Assembly (NCBI GenBank): GCA_003344405.1
Contig: NOWV01000186.1
Coordinates: 62,001 to 126,000, forward strand
Reading direction: 5' to 3'
From: Trichoplax sp. H2
Taxonomy: Eukaryota
Length of the DNA: 64,000 nt
Within the stretch, counting starts at the first letter, position 1; every line of letters starts with the position of its first letter. Both the position numbers and the translations under genes were made by a program. Positions 1 to 10,574 of the stretch are shown piece after piece. The notes under the pieces are model-generated. The model was not told the origin of the DNA. It worked only from the letters and a program-made list of their open reading frames with translations, and searched no databases.

Positions 1-18
1 TATCATCATCAACATATC

Positions 19-1509
19 ATGGATCAACTGTATAGTGAAGCTTTCCAAAAATTTTTACAACGTACACAAACCTCTAATGATGCTCACGCACATTATAACT
101 TAGCTTATTTCTATTATAATGGTCATGGTGTAGCAAAAAATTACAATCTTGCTTTCTATCATTATCAGCTAGCCGCTAAACAAGACCATCCTGGTGCATT
201 ATACAATATATGCTTACTGTATGGTATTGAAGGAAATACATCACCACAAAATGTTCGCTTCATGCCACCTGACAAATTAGCTGAATTTAAAGTCACTATG
301 TATGTTCGATCAGGAGCTCAAGGCCAATATACAAATGCCTATAGTAAATTAGTCGACAATTATCAACAGTCTGAGCTTTGGCAAGTAGCTCTCAATAAAT
401 TATACGAACTATATTTACAGCAGATTCATTGTACCGACGATCATTCTGATAATAACCATGAAATAGCCAGTCTCTACAATCAGTTAGGTTTTATATGCAT
501 GGTAAAATATAGTGCCAACGATGATTCCAGCGCGTTATTTCAAGCCAATCGCTTCTTTCATCAAGCAACCCAATTAGGTAATCCATCAGCCTATTTTAAT
601 TTAGGCTTTTTCAAGTATGGTTTTGCATGTAGTCCAGACAAAGACAGAGAAAAAGAGATAGAAATGTTGGAGATTGCAGCTCGAAATGGTCATACATTAG
701 CACAGTATCAGTTAGGCTATTATTGGCGTACTACGTTAAAGAGTCAAATTGAAAATTGCCGAAAGTCTTATGAATATTTCCAGAAAGCGTCTGTCCATGG
801 CTATTCAGATACTTTATGTAACTTAGGATTTTTGTATGTCAATGGTATTGGTGGCGTTCAACAAGACTTTCAACTTGCTGTCGACTACTTCCGAACTGCG
901 TCAGTGGTGGATGAACTAGCGTGCACGCAGTACGCCAAAAGAGAATGCTTCAGTTTAGGATTTATGTACGAACATGGTATCGGCGTGCCTGTCAATTTAA
1001 TGTTAGCCAGCCATTTTTATGCATATGGAGCAACTTTTCAATTAAATAGTAAAAAATCACTTTGCCATTTAGCTAAATTAATCGAAAAAGAGCACATAAC
1101 CCCATCATTCATTCGAGATGCTATTGAATTATACCAGCGTGCGATTGCTTCCAACAATCCATATATTTGTGGTTATGCTAACTACAGGCTAGGAAAGATA
1201 TATAGTAATCTAAGATTTGATGGATACTTTGACGAAGAGAAAGCGAACTGTCATTATCAGATAGCGCTAAATTGTTACCAAACCTATCCTAATCTGTTAG
1301 GCGAAGGCGGTGCAGACCACTACTACCATTTAGCAACATTATACGAAAAAGGTTACGGTGTCAGTATTGACTTTGAAAAAGCAAAAAACTATTACCTTCT
1401 ATCAATTAAAACTGCAGAAGAAAGGGTAGATGTCTACCAAGACTACTATGGTCAAAAAGCTAAAAGACGCTACAACGCCATCATCACCCAAATTGATACA
1501 GAGTCTTGA
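19..1509 (+). CDS. Sel1-like repeat (SLR) protein, intronless; may extend 5' beyond the window
   Basis: 496-aa ORF with repeated SLR motifs (AHYNLAYFYYNGHGVAKNYNLAFYHYQLAAKQD; LGFLYVNGIGGVQQDFQLAVDYF; LGFMYEHGIGVPVN; LATLYEKGYGVSIDFEKAKNYY). Bases 1-18 are open in the same frame, so the true start may lie upstream. Confidence 0.85.
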   Translation: MDQLYSEAFQKFLQRTQTSNDAHAHYNLAYFYYNGHGVAKNYNLAFYHYQLAAKQDHPGALYNICLLYGIEGNTSPQNVRFMPPDKLAEFKVTMYVRSGAQGQYTNAYSKLVDNYQQSELWQVALNKLYELYLQQIHCTDDHSDNNHEIASLYNQLGFICMVKYSANDDSSALFQANRFFHQATQLGNPSAYFNLGFFKYGFACSPDKDREKEIEMLEIAARNGHTLAQYQLGYYWRTTLKSQIENCRKSYEYFQKASVHGYSDTLCNLGFLYVNGIGGVQQDFQLAVDYFRTASVVDELACTQYAKRECFSLGFMYEHGIGVPVNLMLASHFYAYGATFQLNSKKSLCHLAKLIEKEHITPSFIRDAIELYQRAIASNNPYICGYANYRLGKIYSNLRFDGYFDEEKANCHYQIALNCYQTYPNLLGEGGADHYYHLATLYEKGYGVSIDFEKAKNYYLLSIKTAEERVDVYQDYYGQKAKRRYNAIITQIDTES

Positions 1510-4361
1510 TAGCTTATTTAAGAGATGCAACGATCGATAGGTAGATAAGCCCACGCATATCAACATACTTATGGAAAATTGTGCCATTATAATCATTATT
1601 ATTATACAGTGCATGACAGAAGATAACTGCAAATTTTCTACAATACTTGTATCATCTAAAACTACAATCTGATCATTTACAGATTGATAACTAGATAACT
1701 AAATAAACCAAAATGTATCGATATCCGCATTTATCCAAATATACAATTATCATACAGTGTATGATAGAAGGTGATTGTAAATTTTTTCTTAATATTGTCC
1801 AAAATTAGAATCTTACATATTGCAAGTAGTAAATTTATTTTATAGCTTGTATTCCGTAGCCCACAAGTGTTTACCTTGCAAGCGAAACGTGGTATGCCTC
1901 TGCACTACAAAGTAAATTAACAGACTATTCGATTGTAATTCCTATAAATATAAATAAATCGCAATGTATAGCATCAACTGTCATTCTATTGCTTAAAAAG
2001 TTAGTAATTCCACTCGTTATACTCAGTATAAATTGTATGTTTATGGAAACGAATTGGTTTACATTCCTTACATCTAATATAATATTATATTGTCCTGTGA
2101 TATACGGTAGAATTTGTATGATATAATGCGGGTATACTTGCTACGCTACTAGTTACTCTTGCTAGTCTTTCATTGTTAGCATATTGACGATGTTATTGAA
2201 CCAGGGCAGACAATCACTTCCAGATTTTATCTTCGAATTATAATCTTTATTCTACTTATATCCCGTCAAAAACATGCAAATATTCCTGAAAGATGATTGC
2301 TAGGCTTGATAAAATGCTTATCTTAAGGTGTTTATTCAAACGTAATGTATCTAACTATAGAAATCGCTTCGCTACTATGCGTACATATGCAAGGCTAATA
2401 ATAATAAAACTATGAAATGAGTAGGTTATGTTAATTTATCGTTGACTCATCATTTGTACAGTTAAAATCTTTGCCATAATTATTGTAAAATAACGCAAAT
2501 ACTCGATGATATTTGACGTATCACTAATGTTATAAAGAAATCGATCAATTTGCAAGTTTCACCGTTGAAACGATGGCGTACTAGAAGCTTGTTAAGATTC
2601 AGGAGTCATAACTTAATAAAATTAATACCCCAATTTGTGTTATATCGTTTAATTAATCGCCTGACTTATACTATGTAATCGTTCACGACAAAATGTTGCG
2701 TAAGAAATACGGCGTATACCTATAATTTACTGATTTTACTGGCTATTTATACTCGTGGCATCACCGAAATAAAATGATCACAAAGGTATACCGTACTATG
2801 AGCTATACGGAAATAAGTATGATTGTTACAGTCGACGATGGCATATATGTCCTCAATTTTGACTTTCCTTTTTTCTCAAAAAGTACTTACTAAAGAATTA
2901 CTATTGTTTTAATGGTAAAGAAATTTTACTTGAAGGTAAAAATATAAGTTTAATCCAAGCTAAACATTATAGCATCAGGATAAAGGACATTCCAGTATTA
3001 ACAGGTATTAAGTACGTATTAGATAGCATGTTGCTTCTAGCAAACCTTACCGCATTCATAAATTCTACAATATTCATATAGGACCAAAAAACCTAATAGC
3101 ATTACCTCTGTATGCGATATATTATGACTAGGGTAATTATAACGCCTGTCTACTTATTTTATTAATACAGAGATATTCTCTGCAAACTAAATCATGATAA
3201 CTACCACGTCATGCATAGTCTGTAGAAACGCTCGAATTTGCAACTAATATTAATTAAAGTATCGTATTTGCACTTACTACATGTATTAGTCAACTCTCTA
3301 AACATATTAGGAGGAAATGACATTAATAACTACGCAACTATTATCACTAAATTCTTCCTATACTTATATTCTGAGCTAATGACTTTAAAAAAAATTGAAT
3401 ACTACCCAAGCTCAGTGTATGTCTGCCTTTCTAGTTTATGCCGCAAATTAAAAATTAAATATGCAATTTCGCATGTAACTTCAATCAGAATATCAGATAC
3501 TTATTTAATTCATTAATACTTAAAAAATTCTAGATCATTTGATAGGATATAACATCGAGTGGTGCGAAATACAGTACATGATATATTAGCTAAAGCAGAA
3601 AGCCCAGCCTAATCTACCAAATCTGAATACGTACTGATAATTTTATCTCTTTTGCATAATTTTCTTAATGAAATGACACAAAAGAGCAAATTATGGCTTA
3701 TCTTTAATCTATTTATTGGCAATCAAATGCAATAAAGATAATTCTCTTATTCACTATCATCAAATATAGAACAATTTGCTTGATTATTTACTTTATATAA
3801 TTCAGACCATCATTAGAATGCAACTAAATAATTTTATTTTAAATAAAATTATCCATACTTTGTTATTTGATTGTTGCTTATCACGTAAAGAGTTGATGAA
3901 GAGCTTTCTAACTTTAAAATTCTAGTACATTGTTTAATTACGTTTCATAATATTGACACAAAACAATAAAAATATTGACAAACGACCTCTCTATATTGTA
4001 AAATTAACGAATCCAACAAGACAGGATAACCTTGACAATAGTAATCATCAATACATCTGATAATTATGATACATAATGAGAAATGAGGTCATCATTTCAT
4101 GCTCAAAAGATAATATCGATGAATAGAATATTGAATTGCACAACCTCTTATATTGATCAAGCAGCCAGTTCCTCCATTGCATTGATATCATACCTCTTGT
4201 ACTTTGCAACACACCTCGAAAGAAACTGTATCAACTTGATGCAATTCAGTTGTAGTATTTTATATTCATGCCAAATTAAAATTGATGTTCCATTAAATTG
4301 ATTTCTTCTACTATCCATTCATTACCAGGTAAGAATATTAAATAAGAATATCGTTATCAAG

Positions 4362-7300
4362 ATGATGTTCATCGGTGACAATATAGATGACGTTTATGAT
4401 CAAGAAGAATTTCTTGGGCGGGAAGTGGCTTCCTTATGGTATTTTTCATTAGATGATTTAGCTGAAGATGCTCGCAATATTGCATCCAAATACATTTTGC
4501 ACGATTACGCCAGAGAATTATACGATGATGCTTGTATCAAATGGGAAGAACAAATTCAAGCTACTAATAATGCACATGCCCATTATCAATTAGGATATTA
4601 TTACCAACATGGCCATCTAACGTCAGGTAAAGATTATACCCGTGCTTTGCAACATTATAAGGCAGCTATTGATCAAGACTATGCTCCTGCTATGTATGAT
4701 ATCTGTTCATTATACGGTCGGCAAAGTAAAGATAATCCATCAGATTATCTCGATTTATTGAAAGAAAACGAAATAATTCAAATGAAGGTTAAAATGTACG
4801 TTAAAGCAGCTGCTGTTGGCCAACATCGAAAAGCTGCATTTCAAACATTTCAACGGTATAAATATATGAAACAATGGCGAACGAGTATTGATGAACTAGA
4901 TAAAGAATTTAAAGCAATAATTAAGAAAAATCAATTAACAAATAAAAGTAATCTCGGTAACATTTATAACCAACTTGGTTTCATAGCTGTGATTAAAAGT
5001 CAACTAGAGAATAAAGTTGAAGAGCTTAAGTCAGCTTATGATTACTTTCATCTGGCTGGTAAACTTGGCAATCCTTCTGGTTATCTCAATTATGGTTATT
5101 ATAAATACGAGAATCATGATAAATATATTGCAGAAAGAACAAAATATTACCTTAAAGCAGCTCAAATGGGGCATTACTTAGGTTGGTATATGTTGATGCG
5201 CTATCTTATTACATCAGATGCTCTTAATCCAGCTGAGTTAGATCGTTGTCTAACTTACTTGAAAACAGCATCCCAATATCAAACAGCTGATTTTCTATCA
5301 CAGCTTGGTGTTTTACATTTAGAAAGTCAATTGCAATCAACTTCAAATGAAGTTCAAGCTTTTCAATATTTCCTGCAAGCTACACTATCTAATGAAAGTA
5401 TGTCAGTTGAATCAGTCGGTAGGCATGAATTTTTCTATGTTGGCTTTATGTATGAACATGGTATTGGAATCGAGAAAGATGTTATTAAAGCTGCCCATTT
5501 TTATGCTTCGTCTGTAATTTATCGTGGCGATTCATCACTAGCTTTATGCCGATTAGCTAAATTAATTGAAAAATGTAAAATTATGCCGGCCGATATTAAT
5601 GATGCTGTTAAATTACTTGAAACAGCTGGAACTTATAATAAGTCAGAATTAAAAATTTATGCTCATTATCGTTTAGCACGAATATTTAACGACCATAATT
5701 TGAAATCTATAGGATTATATTCGAAAGATTCCTCCAGACGACATTTGCAAGGTATAGCTCTTGATATCCTTGGTAAAATAACCCAACACCATCTACGATC
5801 AACGGAATGCTATTTAATTGGTAAGATGAATGAAAATGGTTATTTTGTCGAAAAGGATTATCGCAAAGCAATTCATTATTATCAATTAGCAGTCATGTGT
5901 TATAGCGAAAGTGATGTTCATGAGCGTTATTATTCATTTAAAGCTATGGTACGAAAAACAAAATTATTATCTAGAAATAATACAGATTATCAACAAGAAT
6001 TAAATTTTCTAGATAACTCTATCTATAGATTGCAGCAAAATTCACCTGTTGACGTTTATGTTCAATGTTATCATATCGCTTGGAAATATGGCACATTAGA
6101 CCATTTTGGCTATCAGTTACAGCTAAATGCTGTTCAAAAATATCAACAGCAATTAGAGACTTTAGCTAATGCAAATGCCTATTACCAGCTGGGCTATTTC
6201 CATCAACATGGTATAGGGCCGGTAAGGAAAGATTTTCATCAAGCCTTGCAATATTATCAAGTTGCTATTCGATTAAATCACCCTTTAGCACATTATGATT
6301 TATGTTGGCTCTACGGTTGTGAAGAAAACGGTGACGATCAATCTGTTTGTATCCATGTCTATAACACTGCTAAAAATTATGCCGACGTCATGATGGAAGA
6401 ATTTGTACAGTCGGCAGCACTAGATGGAGATTTACGATCTCTTAAAACCTTACGTCATTATTATAGCCAAAATAATGATTGCCGTACAGCTACCAAAGAA
6501 TTAGTAGAGCGATTACAAAAACGACTTAAAAATCAGCATATGACCTTAGACGAGAAAGGTAAAATTTATATTCAAATTGCCTTCCTATTATGGTTAACTT
6601 GTACTGAGATTAGTGATCAACGAGAATTCGCTAAGAAACGAATTATAGGGAAAGTTAACGATTGTTTAATGCGTGCAATTGAATATGGCAGCCCATCAGC
6701 TAGTTTCATTCAATTGTTAGTTAAAGGTATGCTACACGAACAACATGAAGTCTTTAATGAAGACTACACTAACATCATTAAACCTTCAGTGTTAGCTGGT
6801 CATATACAAGCTCAATATCAACTAGCCTTATATTTATTATCCTTTCAAGAAGATAGAAGCACCATCGATAAACCTATTGTCGATTATTTGCGCAATGCAG
6901 CATTATTAGGCTTAGAAGAGGCTCCATTAGAAATGTCGATCATGTATCGAGATGGCAATAATATTGTTCGGCCTAATCTTATGAAAGCAGCTGAGTTCTA
7001 TGACCAATATTTAATCGAATCGCATTTAGCAATAGGTGATTGCTATCAAGAATCATTTGATATTGGATTTATGCATGAGCATTATCTTAATCAGCAACAT
7101 GATTATGCTATTAAAGCAGCATTTTACTACTGGTTAAATATCAAGAATCAATTTGATTCTGCTTATGCGCAATGTTATTTAGCTAAATTAATTGAAAAGC
7201 GGAAGATTATAGGTACAGCAGCACTTGACGACGCTATTCAGCTATATCAAACAGCAGCCTACTTAAATTGCATTAGTATTCAAGGTTATGCTCATTATCG

Positions 7301-7604
7301 ACTTGGCAAAATATACAGTAATAAGAGTTATCAAGATATTTATGATTCTGCAACTGCTGATAACCATTTTCAAGTTGCTCATAATATATATATACGAAGT
7401 CTAGAACGATCGTCTGAGAAAATACCAAGTGATTTATATCATTTGGCTATTCTATATCAATATGGTTATGGAATAGTATCCAATACATCACAAGCTATTA
7501 AATATTATCAAGCAGCTGCAGAAATAGACGACGATTTCTTGCCTCTTTATGATCGATATTATCGGGATAAAGCTAAATCAAAGTTAAATCAAATCCGTTC
7601 TTAA
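4362..7604 (+). CDS. Sel1-like repeat protein made of two tandem ~500-aa modules, each homologous to the 19..1509 protein
   Basis: 1080-aa intronless ORF. SLR motifs recur in both halves: AHYQLGYYYQHG / AYYQLGYFHQHGIG; GFMYEHG / GFMHEH; LAKLIEK twice; YAHYRLARI / YAHYRLGKIYSN. Confidence 0.88.
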   Translation: MMFIGDNIDDVYDQEEFLGREVASLWYFSLDDLAEDARNIASKYILHDYARELYDDACIKWEEQIQATNNAHAHYQLGYYYQHGHLTSGKDYTRALQHYKAAIDQDYAPAMYDICSLYGRQSKDNPSDYLDLLKENEIIQMKVKMYVKAAAVGQHRKAAFQTFQRYKYMKQWRTSIDELDKEFKAIIKKNQLTNKSNLGNIYNQLGFIAVIKSQLENKVEELKSAYDYFHLAGKLGNPSGYLNYGYYKYENHDKYIAERTKYYLKAAQMGHYLGWYMLMRYLITSDALNPAELDRCLTYLKTASQYQTADFLSQLGVLHLESQLQSTSNEVQAFQYFLQATLSNESMSVESVGRHEFFYVGFMYEHGIGIEKDVIKAAHFYASSVIYRGDSSLALCRLAKLIEKCKIMPADINDAVKLLETAGTYNKSELKIYAHYRLARIFNDHNLKSIGLYSKDSSRRHLQGIALDILGKITQHHLRSTECYLIGKMNENGYFVEKDYRKAIHYYQLAVMCYSESDVHERYYSFKAMVRKTKLLSRNNTDYQQELNFLDNSIYRLQQNSPVDVYVQCYHIAWKYGTLDHFGYQLQLNAVQKYQQQLETLANANAYYQLGYFHQHGIGPVRKDFHQALQYYQVAIRLNHPLAHYDLCWLYGCEENGDDQSVCIHVYNTAKNYADVMMEEFVQSAALDGDLRSLKTLRHYYSQNNDCRTATKELVERLQKRLKNQHMTLDEKGKIYIQIAFLLWLTCTEISDQREFAKKRIIGKVNDCLMRAIEYGSPSASFIQLLVKGMLHEQHEVFNEDYTNIIKPSVLAGHIQAQYQLALYLLSFQEDRSTIDKPIVDYLRNAALLGLEEAPLEMSIMYRDGNNIVRPNLMKAAEFYDQYLIESHLAIGDCYQESFDIGFMHEHYLNQQHDYAIKAAFYYWLNIKNQFDSAYAQCYLAKLIEKRKIIGTAALDDAIQLYQTAAYLNCISIQGYAHYRLGKIYSNKSYQDIYDSATADNHFQVAHNIYIRSLERSSEKIPSDLYHLAILYQYGYGIVSNTSQAIKYYQAAAEIDDDFLPLYDRYYRDKAKSKLNQIRS

Positions 7605-9686
7605 CCATGAAGTTGACTTACTATGTATGTTAATCAACTTCTTAATACTAGATAAAAGTATAGAAATTTTAAAATTTTACTATAAGAGAAAATATCCCTT
7701 ATAACTGTATGACTACCGATTTATGGATAAAGATATAAATCAATCCTATTTCAATTTAAATTTATTATATAACAAATATGCATAGTAACATTCCTATAAA
7801 TAAGTAAGCTGTTTCTAAAATTAAGAAATAAATGTTTATTAAAAACTATTAAAATGGTATAGTCTGTATTAATTAATTAAAAGCCGTTGCAACTAATAGC
7901 TTTAACGATAATGCAGTATTTCATGCCATCCACTACACTAGTTTGACATCAATAACTGGTACCTAACTCACAGAAATATTGCACAGCACTAACTGATATG
8001 ATATAAGATTAATATTTTCATGAGTTACAGTCTTATTTAGCATGGACTATCATCAGCTTTAATTTTTTATATACAATATGTCAACTCTGGCACTCTTTAC
8101 CGTAATTAAAGTAACACTTCTGCAACAGTCTAATAATCCTAATCGATGATTAATGGGAGTATTAGCAACTACCACCGTAGTAAAAGCATGTAACATGCAG
8201 ACTCAATCTATCTATTTATACGGGTACAGCTGCTAGACCCTAATTTCGGTAATTACTTTTTCAATCCATATTCATCCAAAAAATTAAACTTAGATTAAAT
8301 TATATCTAACTATATAAACAGTGATGCTGGATGGGTGATAGCATTGCTAGTGCTGATTAATTGATTAAGTTCTATTAAACTTTTAATTTTAAGCACATAA
8401 ATGGTACTCAGTCTACGCAAATTAGGGTATCCCAATCATGCAGAGCATAAATTGCATTTTCGTTGAACTAAAAGAGTTAATAGACTCCAGTGATTAAGGA
8501 TCTTTACAAATTAAATCACGAATATGTAGATTTTTCGAAAAATCTAGGTAAGCATCTGTGGTTTAGTCAACCAGAAAGAGATTTCTTAATTCAAAATCAG
8601 ACAGAAACATCACCTTCCATATAATACACGTATACAATTATCCTGTAAATACCTATTACTAAATGCAAATTTTGCAATCTAGTTAGGGAATTGGCACTCG
8701 TATAAAATAAACAATGATATCAAATTACTTCGATAATAAATTAATCCTATTTAGGTGGACTACTTTCAATTCTATTATATTATATACTACATTACCAATC
8801 ATAACATTCTTTATCATGAAGTAATATTCTGCAATAATTTATCAACTAATGGATGAAGGATAGGAACTTGCAGAACTACAGTAGTATAGTAGCATGGAAA
8901 TAACTTTTTTACTTGATAAATATGCTTAAGTAGCTAATGAAAGCAATGCTCTTTATCAAATTTTATCTTTATTTCATATTTACCTTAAGCAGAGATGCAA
9001 ATTAAGCTATATCTAACGATATTAGTAATCCTATTGGTACAAGATAGACTCTAAAGCTAGCATGGATTGAAAAGGTTCGACTAAATACTTAATTTATCTC
9101 AAGGAAACCCTAATTTATAAGTCTACGTAATAGCATAACTGATATTTTCATCTGTTTTGTGAGTATTAAAGCAAATGACAGGCTTCAATAAGAATTGCTA
9201 TAAATTAAATTAATCACAAAATTACTGCTTTGTTCAAAATCTTTCATCATCTAATCAACAGCAAAAAACAGATCATAATAGAAATTCTAAGGCAGTTCTT
9301 CTTTCTAACAGTCCCTATGTACTATCAAAGCTACAGTAGTAACCGATTATCGTGCTAAGAAGTCGTTGGCAAATTTATTGTATTTGAAATAGGAGATAGA
9401 TGAAAGAGCAGTAGAAATTTGATATTGCATGACGCAGCATACTGTACGGTCAAGTAAATAAGTCGGTAATTATTTCTAGAGTAATCTCTTGGCTAGTTGA
9501 TCACCGTCGAGGATTTTAGTTTTATGGTATGGTGTCGATAAAGGTAAATCAATCTAAATGATGAGTACAGTAACTATATTACTTACAGTCTATTAGCAAT
9601 ATATTCTAAACCTTGATCATATAATGGATGGCTATGGGATCGATTATAAAGGCATACAATCTGTCGATATTACAATGTTTAAGCAA

Positions 9687-10574
9687 TCATGAGTTAGCTG
9701 CACTGATAAAGAGGTTCTTTGTCAATTCATTAACTCCTTCAATTTCAGCGTTTCCAGTGGTATCTATCAACTTAACTTTGGCTAGATTTTCTGCTGCAGT
9801 ACTTGTAAGATATCGGAAAATTGGCTTTTCGTCAGTCATTGCCTTGATGATAACTTCAATAACTTCATCAACAGGCTGAAAAGCACTTTCATCATGTTGC
9901 CACATTGTTGTATAAGTAGTATAGAGCTGTTTGGTTCTGTCATCCATTCCCGATTCCATTACTCCAAGTTCTTTAGCAATAGAGACGGCCCTCTTTGACA
10001 TATTGGTTGCAGCAACAGAAGGCGAAATGATCGATACTGCTACATTAAACGCTTGTAATTCTACTGCTAATGATAAACTTAAGGATTCCACAGCAAACTT
10101 TGATGCACAATAGAGGGGATCATAAGGCACTGAAAGAACACCTGCAATACTAGCCATGTTAATTATTCGACCCGATCTTTGTTTCTTCATATGAGGTAAA
10201 ACATATCGAATGGTTAGAAATGTCCCCCAGAAGTTGATATCCATAACCTGTTTATGATCTGCAAGCGATAAGGTCTCGACTGGAGCAGTTAATGGAATGC
10301 CTGCGTTATTAACTAAGACATCGATACTACCATGAGTTTGGATTATTTCCACCACAACCGATTCAATAGTATTTTCTTTCGTAACATCAAGATGTCGTAT
10401 AAAAATAGTATCATCTACAGCCTCTCCAGCTTGTGCAACTAGAGCATCTTTCTCATGAAGGAAAGGTAACGTTGCATAAACAAGATATCGCTTAGCTTCA
10501 TCTTTGCCTAATCTTATAGCTAAAGCAAGACCAAATCCAGTCGTACAACCAGTAATCAATACAATTTTCGGCAT
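9687..10574 (-). CDS. Classical short-chain dehydrogenase/reductase, RDH8/17-beta-HSD1-like (copy 1)
   Basis: Rossmann motif VLITGCTTGFG, plus NNAG, SGRIINMASIAG and catalytic YCASK. The N-terminus matches the HSD17B1/RDH8 pattern (GLxLAxRL...VYAT). Single-exon CDS. Confidence 0.9.
   Translation of the reverse strand: MPKIVLITGCTTGFGLALAIRLGKDEAKRYLVYATLPFLHEKDALVAQAGEAVDDTIFIRHLDVTKENTIESVVVEIIQTHGSIDVLVNNAGIPLTAPVETLSLADHKQVMDINFWGTFLTIRYVLPHMKKQRSGRIINMASIAGVLSVPYDPLYCASKFAVESLSLSLAVELQAFNVAVSIISPSVAATNMSKRAVSIAKELGVMESGMDDRTKQLYTTYTTMWQHDESAFQPVDEVIEVIIKAMTDEKPIFRYLTSTAAENLAKVKLIDTTGNAEIEGVNELTKNLFISAANS

Noticed and set aside
1545..1790. Short imperfect direct repeats here (ATACAGTG.ATGA.AGAAG x2) and at ~19010-19225, ~40677-40703 and ~46130-46330
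   Set aside because: They are real but small local duplications with no terminal repeats, coding potential or other sign of function.
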